A DNA stretch of 13,508 nt from Pseudobacteriovorax sp. (GTDB lineage: Bacteria; Bdellovibrionota_B; Oligoflexia; Oligoflexales; Oligoflexaceae), in contig JBNKNM010000153.1 of assembly GCA_050293845.1 (NCBI GenBank), positions 1 through 13,508 of the forward strand, given 5' to 3'. The notes beneath the pieces were generated by a model. That model was not told the origin of the DNA. It worked only from the letters and a program-made list of their open reading frames with translations, and did no database searches. Positions 6,701 through 13,508 of this stretch are shown here, piece by piece (positions within the stretch are counted from its first letter, which is position 1; each line of letters opens with the position of its first letter). Made by a program: the position numbers and the translations under genes.

Positions 6701-7399
6701 ATGGCGCTGATCCTAAGAGTCATCAGCCTTATATCAATATTGATGATGCCATCACTGAAGCTACAAGCACAGGGAGACAAGTTAAGGATGTTACATGTTT
6801 CAGCAACCGGAACAATCAATATACCAGCGACTATAGCTGAGCTTAGCGTGGGTATCGAAATACATGGTCCGGAAGCCACCGTAGTTCAAAAAAAGCTTAA
6901 GAAAGATAACAATAGCTTACTTGATTTTTTAAGTAGAAAAAAAGTTCAGCGATTGAAAACAGCGAGTTATCGTATCCAACCCCAATACAGCTACCAGAAC
7001 GGTAAGCGAAAGAGTGAAGGGTTTACTGGAAATACAGTCATTAGTTTTCAAGTATCGGTGGGCGATGTGGGGCTGATTCTCGATGACGTACTTCAGGAAG
7101 GGGCAAACGAATTAAAAAAAATTCGTTTTACCGCGACAGAAGATGAGTTGGAAAAAGCCCAGCAGATGGCTCTGGAAATGGCCTCGCAGGAAGCTCTTGC
7201 GAAAGGAAAGCATGTTTTGCAAGGTTTGCATCTTAAGTATGGGGGTATAGCTGAAATCACTGTCGGTCAAAGAGAAATGAGACCTCCTGAACCTATGAGC
7301 CGTCTGGCATTTGACTCATCAGGGGCATCGGGCGTCAATATTGAAGCGGGCGATGTTACAGTAGAAGCTCAAATCTCGTTAACCCTATCTTATCAGTAG
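6701..7399 (+). CDS. SIMPL / DUF541 (YggE/BP26-like) exported protein, 232 aa
   Basis: Signal peptide (..LQA-Q), LHVSATG, YRIQPQYSY, GAN..IRF and GDVTVEAQISLTLSY. SD AAGGAG. Confidence 0.88.
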   Translation: MALILRVISLISILMMPSLKLQAQGDKLRMLHVSATGTINIPATIAELSVGIEIHGPEATVVQKKLKKDNNSLLDFLSRKKVQRLKTASYRIQPQYSYQNGKRKSEGFTGNTVISFQVSVGDVGLILDDVLQEGANELKKIRFTATEDELEKAQQMALEMASQEALAKGKHVLQGLHLKYGGIAEITVGQREMRPPEPMSRLAFDSSGASGVNIEAGDVTVEAQISLTLSYQ

Positions 7400-7415
7400 T
7401 TTATGTTTCTATGGC

Positions 7416-8846
7416 TTATTCTCCAAAGGACCCTGAAGGACCGGGAAAAACAACCGGGCTTTCTATACCCGAGTGATCGACGCTGGCAACCCCGAAGAAA
7501 TAATTGTCGATGACAATGTTTTTCAGGGTGTATTTGTTGACTTTACCGACAAATCGGCTCCACTGCCAGGTTGGCGAATCTGTAAGACGCCAATAAATGC
7601 GATAACCTGCAATCTGCCCTAGATTAGCTTTATCGGCAGCGGACCAGCTTAATGTAGTATCAGGGCTGACAGCTCCTGTAATGCTGACTCCTGCAGGTGG
7701 ACTGGGAGCCCAAGATAGGCTCGCTAAAACCGTCGCATTCAATGCTGTTAGCTTAGCGGCATAAGGAAAACTGATACCTTCTATGGTGTCGCCGAATTTG
7801 AGGCCATTTTCAGTCCGCAGGTCTTGGTGCTGGCGATGGTAATTTTCGTTGGTTTCCATGATACGCACAGCTGGAAAGCCCAAATCATTGAAAGGCTTAT
7901 GGTGTCCTCCCCGGCCGAACCTGTCCAGGCGGTATATTAACATTGTGTCGAGGTTAGGAATGTAAACATCGGCAATGTTATCGATGTAACGTCCCAAGTT
8001 ACGGGTGGCAGAATCTACCTCTCCCCCATAGAAGCGCCGTCTAGTAGCTTCTTCAGGTGTTTCGTCTGCCCTAGTACCTTCAGCAAATATTCTCGCTGTA
8101 GTGTTATTAATAACACCGTTGATACCTTCTATATTGCCAATCATATCATTATTGAGAACCGCTTTTATGCGCCATCCTTGACTCTTCGCCTCATGAGCCA
8201 TAATTTTGCCACCGAAAAGGCCCTGTTCTTCCCCCGAAAGGGCCGCGTAGACAATGGAACCGTTAAACTTATATTTACTAAGGATTCTGGCGGATTCCAA
8301 AACCCCGGCCACTCCGGAAGCATTGTCGTTAGCTCCGGGAGCATCGGACTTAGAGTCCATGACATCTGATACGCGAGAGTCAATGTCACCGGACATGATT
8401 ACATAGCGACTAGGGTCGGTGGTTCCCTTTTGCACGGCGATGACATTTACCACTTCTGTTGCCATAGGGATTCTTTTTTCGTTTTTGATGGTTTGTTTCT
8501 GGGTGTAAACTTTAAGACATCCACCGCATTGCCGGGACAGTTCTCGGAATTCGCTTTCAATCCAGCGCCTTGCTGCACCTATTCCACGGCTTGATGACTT
8601 GGTTTCGGATAGTGTGTGACGTGTGCCAAAGGAAACTAGCTTGCGAATGGTGCGTTCTATATTAGCAGCTTTAGGTGCCGTAGCGATGGCTTCAAGTTGC
8701 ATCTGCCGTGAGGGTTCCGGCGTTGTAAGAGCCATACCTCGGGACATTGGTAATAAAAGGGAGAAGGTAAGTATTATCCGCATCCCAAGGGCTGAAATCT
8801 GAGCCAGATTCGTTAGAAAACTGTGGATCAGGGGTGTTGTTTTCAT
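7416..8846 (-). CDS. M28 family zinc metallopeptidase with C-terminal FN3-like region
   Basis: LVSFGTRHTLS, APGANDNASG, SGEEQGLFG, LNNDMIG and YHRQH. Hydrophobic N-terminus and SD-like AGGGA before 8846. The start could be a downstream Met. Confidence 0.92.
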   Translation of the reverse strand: MKTTPLIHSFLTNLAQISALGMRIILTFSLLLPMSRGMALTTPEPSRQMQLEAIATAPKAANIERTIRKLVSFGTRHTLSETKSSSRGIGAARRWIESEFRELSRQCGGCLKVYTQKQTIKNEKRIPMATEVVNVIAVQKGTTDPSRYVIMSGDIDSRVSDVMDSKSDAPGANDNASGVAGVLESARILSKYKFNGSIVYAALSGEEQGLFGGKIMAHEAKSQGWRIKAVLNNDMIGNIEGINGVINNTTARIFAEGTRADETPEEATRRRFYGGEVDSATRNLGRYIDNIADVYIPNLDTMLIYRLDRFGRGGHHKPFNDLGFPAVRIMETNENYHRQHQDLRTENGLKFGDTIEGISFPYAAKLTALNATVLASLSWAPSPPAGVSITGAVSPDTTLSWSAADKANLGQIAGYRIYWRLTDSPTWQWSRFVGKVNKYTLKNIVIDNYFFGVASVDHSGIESPVVFPGPSGSFGE

Positions 8847-9037
8847 GGTTTTTCCCTACTGCTGAAAGATAAAAGTTGCAGTATAGGAGTAAATCCCGAT
8901 GCTGAAAAGTTCAGTTAGGAATTTCTTTGAACATCGGAGGATAGTCAGACATGCAATTTAAGATTTTATTAAAAAACATGGTGTAGGCTGCCCGGGCACG
9001 GAATTGTAAGTTATTCATTAGGTAGGAGAAATAAGCT

Positions 9038-11524
9038 TTGAGATATATAGTTCCCTTAATTATGCTAATGATAGCATGTCAGGATAAGCCAGAAGATCCC
9101 TGGAATAAAATTGTTAGTAAGTCCGAATTACAGCAAGGATTTTTAGATCAATACCAGCATCGGGAAAGTGGGGATGTTTACCTAGCAATTGCAAAAGAGC
9201 GCTTGAACCAGGACATCCTACATTTTCGCTATGTCGAAGATGGTAGTGGAGTGCATTATGTGCGTGGTGAAGTATTGGACAGTCAGGTTTTAGAGTTTCG
9301 TAAGGATTTCAATAAAATCGAGGTAGTTGGAAAGAATACTAGGTTCCACGTAACACCAGGTCATAGTTTTAACAAAGGTGCCACAGCGAATATCTCGAAT
9401 CCTATCTTGGCGCGCTTAGATATTGAGGCGGAAAGTCCCGATGGTTCTCAGTATTTGGTATCAGCTAAAAAGTTATTTTTAAGCGAGAAACTTGGTGCGA
9501 TCAAACCAGTTTATGACCCAAAACAAGATAATGGTCACTTGAGAATGGGGCAGCTTGATGAAGAAGCCACAAAGTTTCTAGCAGTTTTCAGCTATCCCAC
9601 AAATGCTAATTTCTCCATAAACTATTCCTATCACAATGATCTTGCCAAAGGCTCTGGAACTTATGAGTCCTTATATGATTTAAGAAAGGTCACGGTTACG
9701 ATCAATCATTATCTTGTCGAAGCACCAAAGGACAATGGTTTTGTTCCTAGATTAGCAGACCCACGTGTCGGCTATTTTACACAACAAAAAGATGATCTGG
9801 TATCCGAGAATAAACAGAACTTTCATGATTTGATCAGAAAGTGGAATCTGATAAAAAAAGATCCTGAGCTACCTATATCAGAGCCTGTTAAGCCGATAGT
9901 GTGGTGGATCGAGAATACGACACCCAAGAAGTATCGTGCTTACATTAAAGAAGGAGCTTTGCTTTGGAACAAGGCTTTCGAAAAGGCCGGGTTTAAGAAT
10001 GCGATGGTTGTTAAAGAGCAGCCCGATGATGCCTCCTGGCATGCAAATGATTTAGCCCATAATGTGATTCGCTTTGTATCATCCCCAAAGCCAGCCTTTG
10101 GTGGCATAGGTCCCTCTTTTACTGATCCACGAACTGGGGAAATTATAGGGTCTGATATAGTTTTGGAATACATATATTTCACAAATCGACATCGCTATGC
10201 CAAGCTTTATGGGGTTGTTCCAGGAAGTGGTTCGAAAAATCTTAGGGCTTGTAGCAATGCTATGCTGTTATCGGAGGGGATGCAACTTGGTAAGCTTGCA
10301 GATGCCGTCGGAGTAGAAGCTGTCGACAGTGAAGAGTTAATGAGAGATTCCATCATTTCCCTTGTTGCTCATGAAGTGGGACATACTTTAGGGCTAACGC
10401 ACAACATGGCTGCAAGCTATGGAGTTTCAAGGGAGAAACTAGCAAGTAAGGAAGCTACTGGTGCCCATGGGAATACAGCTTCAGTAATGGACTATGAAAG
10501 TATCAATCTTCATAAAGAATCTGAGCAGCAAGGACATTACTATAATGCTACTCTGGGAGCATATGATTATTGGGCTATAGAGTTTGGCTATACACCTCAA
10601 GCGAGCTCAAGGGAGGAGTATCAAGCCTGGAGAACCAAGATATTGGATCGCTCACGTGAACCCGCATTGTTCTATGGTAATGATGCTGATGATATGAGGG
10701 CGCCTGGTCGTGGTATAGATCCTAGGGTTATGATTGGTGATCTTTCGAACGATCCCTTGGGTTGGGCTAAGGAGCGTATCGAGTTCATCAATGGGATTTG
10801 GCCTAAACTATCGGAACGGTATTATAGTCCTGATCAAAGCTATATTGAGTACAAGCATGCTCACGACACCCTGGTTGGCCAGTACCGGAATGCGGTAAGG
10901 GTTATGTCTAGATATATTGGGGGAGTATACAATAGTCGCCTCATGCAAGGACAGACCTCAGCTCCAGCCTTTTCAGCAGTGCCTTATTCTCAGCAGAAAA
11001 GGGCCATGTCTTACCTTGTTGAACATGCCCTCGGCAGAGATGTATGGTGGTCTGAACAAATTACGAGTCGTTTGCAAATGCAGCGTCGAGGCTTCGATTT
11101 TTTTGGCGTTGCACAAGACCCATCCTTGCAATCGGATATTCTAGATATTCAAAAAGAAGTACTAGACCACGCTATGAATGAAGTGGTATTGCGACGCCTT
11201 GCTAACAGTTCATTTTATGGAAATAAATATTCTGTTCTCGAGGTCCTCACTGATTTACGGCAAGGTATTTTTGGTAATTCACTCAGTGATTCATTGACAT
11301 TGGTTCGTAGAAACATTCAATCTGAGTTCCTGGGACGACTAGGTCAGATGATTAAAAAAGATTCTAAGTATGACTCTGAAGCCCAGGCAGCATCAATTTA
11401 TCAGATCAAGAGCATTGAATCGATGTTGGCAAACCAAAATTCCACGAAAGATCCCCAAATCGTGGCCCATAAGCTCAAGCTTCAGTCTGACATTCAATTA
11501 ATCTGGGAAGCTAGAAAATCTTAA
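9038..11524 (+). CDS. Zinc-dependent metalloprotease lipoprotein (metzincin; DUF5117/DUF4953-type), 828 aa
   Basis: TTG start with SD AGGAG, lipobox-like MIA-C14, PRLADPRVGYF, DPRTGEII, HEVGHTLGLTH (10370-10402) and Met-turn SVMDY. Confidence 0.92.
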   Translation: MRYIVPLIMLMIACQDKPEDPWNKIVSKSELQQGFLDQYQHRESGDVYLAIAKERLNQDILHFRYVEDGSGVHYVRGEVLDSQVLEFRKDFNKIEVVGKNTRFHVTPGHSFNKGATANISNPILARLDIEAESPDGSQYLVSAKKLFLSEKLGAIKPVYDPKQDNGHLRMGQLDEEATKFLAVFSYPTNANFSINYSYHNDLAKGSGTYESLYDLRKVTVTINHYLVEAPKDNGFVPRLADPRVGYFTQQKDDLVSENKQNFHDLIRKWNLIKKDPELPISEPVKPIVWWIENTTPKKYRAYIKEGALLWNKAFEKAGFKNAMVVKEQPDDASWHANDLAHNVIRFVSSPKPAFGGIGPSFTDPRTGEIIGSDIVLEYIYFTNRHRYAKLYGVVPGSGSKNLRACSNAMLLSEGMQLGKLADAVGVEAVDSEELMRDSIISLVAHEVGHTLGLTHNMAASYGVSREKLASKEATGAHGNTASVMDYESINLHKESEQQGHYYNATLGAYDYWAIEFGYTPQASSREEYQAWRTKILDRSREPALFYGNDADDMRAPGRGIDPRVMIGDLSNDPLGWAKERIEFINGIWPKLSERYYSPDQSYIEYKHAHDTLVGQYRNAVRVMSRYIGGVYNSRLMQGQTSAPAFSAVPYSQQKRAMSYLVEHALGRDVWWSEQITSRLQMQRRGFDFFGVAQDPSLQSDILDIQKEVLDHAMNEVVLRRLANSSFYGNKYSVLEVLTDLRQGIFGNSLSDSLTLVRRNIQSEFLGRLGQMIKKDSKYDSEAQAASIYQIKSIESMLANQNSTKDPQIVAHKLKLQSDIQLIWEARKS

Positions 11525-11528
11525 TATT

Positions 11529-11552
11529 TCGACCCCTCGGGGTCGATTTCTC
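11529..11552 (+). terminator. Rho-independent terminator after the metalloprotease gene
   Basis: TCGACCC-ctcg-GGGTCGA followed by TTTCTC, 4 nt after the stop. Confidence 0.65.
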
Positions 11553-11702
11553 GAATCCGATATCAAGCCTTTAAAATTACCCATTTGCGCTGAAATTCAC
11601 TTTATTTTTTTGTACTTGTACCGATCTACATATCCGGGATCGCGATAGCTGAATATTTTCAACAGATATTGGTAATTGACTGATTTTACTATTGGTAGGT
11701 AG

Positions 11703-13508
11703 GTGAGAGGTTTTTACTTTGTAATTTTGCTCGGATTTGTGTGTGCAGTAAGTAGTCTACATGCAGCCAATGAAGCATCACTGATTGGGGATAGAGTTTC
11801 TTATCTATCGGACATGGACCAATCTATTGCTTTTAGTAATATTATAGGTCATCAGGATTCTAGTAATTGGCAGCAAAGCAGGCACAAAGCTATTAATCTT
11901 GGCTTCGAGAACGATCCTTATTGGTTTAAATTTGATCTGTGGTCTGCAGACTATTCCCAGGGTGAAATGATTTACCTTGAGCTTGCTTATCCTCATCTAG
12001 ATGAAGTATTTCTTTATCATGTTGATAATCAAAGCAAGAAAATGAAGTTGCTTAACACCGCTGGGGATTCTCTTGCATTTGCACATCGAAACTTCAGCTA
12101 TCGCAATTTCATTTTCGAACTTCCGAAACAGCAAATTCTTGGTGATCAGACTTCAGCAACTTTAGTTTTACATATTAAGACAACGGGAAGCCTACAGGTT
12201 CCACTGAGAATTTGGTCGCCGAAAAGTTTTGTTGAAGCTGAAAGCGAAGAATCTTATAGTTTGGGCCTATATTTTGGCATCATACTGGTGATGATACTAT
12301 ACAATTTACTTTTGTTTTTTACCATTGGTGAAGCAGGATTCCTCTATTATGTTCTTTATATAAGCTCTTTTGCAATTTTTCAAATGTCTCTCAATGGCCT
12401 AGCCTTTCAGTTTTTGTGGCCAAACCTACCAGAATTCAATCGACTGGCAAATCCCTTATTTTGCAGTCTGGTCGCCCTGACGATAACACAATTTACTTGC
12501 CACTTTTTACGGTCAAAACAAACCATACCTCGCATCCACAGATTACTTAACCTTCTTAGGATAGTTTGTGCTGTAGCGGTGGTTATGGTTTTTATGGTTA
12601 ACTACAATATTGGTATTCGTGTGACTTCGGCTTTGGCAGCTCTTTGCGCTGTAATTTTGATCGTTTCAGGAGTTGCGGCTCTTATTGGTGGTTATCGTCC
12701 AGCGCGCTATTATGTAACTTCATTTGTTTTATTTTTGATAGGAGTTATTGTCTATTCTTTTAGGGCTTTTGGCATTCTTCCTAATACCTTTGTGACCCAA
12801 TATGCTTTACAGATTGGGTCAGCGCTGGAGGCTATGCTCCTATCTATCGCTTTAGGAGATAAGCTGAAATTGCAGCAACAAACCTATCAGCAAGAAATCG
12901 AATCATTAAACATGGATCTTATTGAAAAAGAAAAAGCGCGAACTATATTTTTTCATAATACTTCCCACGAACTTAGAACCCCCTTGAATGGAATTCTTGG
13001 ATTTGTAGAAATGCTAGGAAAAGGTTTCTATGGAGATTTGGATCATAAAGTTAAGGAGCAGGTTTGCAAAATTGGAACATTGGCAACTTCACTTATGCAT
13101 CAGGTTAATACCATTCTTGATTTAGCCAAAACCCGGCGAGGAGAAATCAAGCTTTTCCATTCACAAATACCTCTGGATGAAGTTAAAGAAGAGATTCAAA
13201 TGCTAGCCGATGGTTTGCTGTTAAAGTATAAAAATAGTCGATTTACTTTGCATACTTCGTGGAACAAATCTAAAACCCCTCTATTCATTGGAGACAGAGA
13301 AAAGCTAATGACCATTATTAGAAACTTGGTAGGTAATGCTTTCAAATTTACTTCTTCTGACCAAGTTAATTGTATTGATGTTTCTTTGAAAATAATAAAT
13401 TCAAATTGTTTAGAAATAAAGGTTCAGGATAGTGGTATTGGGATTCCTGTTGAGTTTCAAAGTAAAATATTTGATGAATTTAGCCAAGTTGAAGATGGAG
13501 CACGCCGG
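11703..13508 (+). CDS. 7TMR-DISM sensor histidine kinase, 3' end beyond the window (at least 602 aa)
   Basis: Manually translated open frame from GTG 11703, which follows an in-frame TAG. Signal peptide MRGFYFVILLGFVCAVSSLHA, DISMED2-like INLGFENDPYWFKF...LAYPHLDEV, 7TM region (GLYFGIILVMILYNL...FQFLWP...GSALEAMLLSIALGDK), H-box SHELRTPLNGILG (His at 12966), N-box RNLVGNAFKFT, G1 VQDSGIGI and F-box IFDEFSQ. Confidence 0.93.
   Translation, partial: MRGFYFVILLGFVCAVSSLHAANEASLIGDRVSYLSDMDQSIAFSNIIGHQDSSNWQQSRHKAINLGFENDPYWFKFDLWSADYSQGEMIYLELAYPHLDEVFLYHVDNQSKKMKLLNTAGDSLAFAHRNFSYRNFIFELPKQQILGDQTSATLVLHIKTTGSLQVPLRIWSPKSFVEAESEESYSLGLYFGIILVMILYNLLLFFTIGEAGFLYYVLYISSFAIFQMSLNGLAFQFLWPNLPEFNRLANPLFCSLVALTITQFTCHFLRSKQTIPRIHRLLNLLRIVCAVAVVMVFMVNYNIGIRVTSALAALCAVILIVSGVAALIGGYRPARYYVTSFVLFLIGVIVYSFRAFGILPNTFVTQYALQIGSALEAMLLSIALGDKLKLQQQTYQQEIESLNMDLIEKEKARTIFFHNTSHELRTPLNGILGFVEMLGKGFYGDLDHKVKEQVCKIGTLATSLMHQVNTILDLAKTRRGEIKLFHSQIPLDEVKEEIQMLADGLLLKYKNSRFTLHTSWNKSKTPLFIGDREKLMTIIRNLVGNAFKFTSSDQVNCIDVSLKIINSNCLEIKVQDSGIGIPVEFQSKIFDEFSQVEDGARR

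Noticed and set aside
8994..9008. Sigma54-like GGGCACGGAATTGTA before the metalloprotease gene
   Set aside because: The -12 element is GT rather than GC, and spacing from GGCACG is one base short.
590..11524. TGA recoding, since all eight complete genes end in TAA or TAG
   Set aside because: No gene contains an in-frame TGA, so the standard code explains everything. This is stop-codon bias in a small sample.
2246..11996. Shadow ORFs 2246-2449, 2671-2862, 4025-4240, 5017-5595, 5356-5640, 6619-6879, 8165-8389, 8178-8369, 9940-10182, 10917-11144 and 11805-11996
   Set aside because: They overlap well-supported genes, antisense or out of frame, and show no motifs of their own.

Overview
AT-rich bacterial chromosomal window with nine protein genes and no rRNA, tRNA, CRISPR array or mobile element that I can recognise. 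The left half is biased toward peroxide defence: ahpC-ahpF with an OxyR-type operator, a convergent membrane-anchored di-heme cytochrome c peroxidase/MauG-family gene, an EamA/DMT transporter, a PRX-like CxxC thioredoxin-fold protein and a SIMPL/DUF541 protein. The right half has a divergent pair of exported zinc peptidases (M28 and a metzincin lipoprotein) and a 7TMR-DISM sensor histidine kinase that runs off the window and is missing from the ORF track. The least explained part is the ~690-bp gap at 4323-5011. It holds overlapping -10 elements on both strands, a 12-bp palindrome, an 11-aa ORF with a strong SD, a candidate ~168-nt structured RNA and repeated 13-mers. All family calls come from motif recognition and all folds were done by eye. 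No searches were run, so novelty is unverified.
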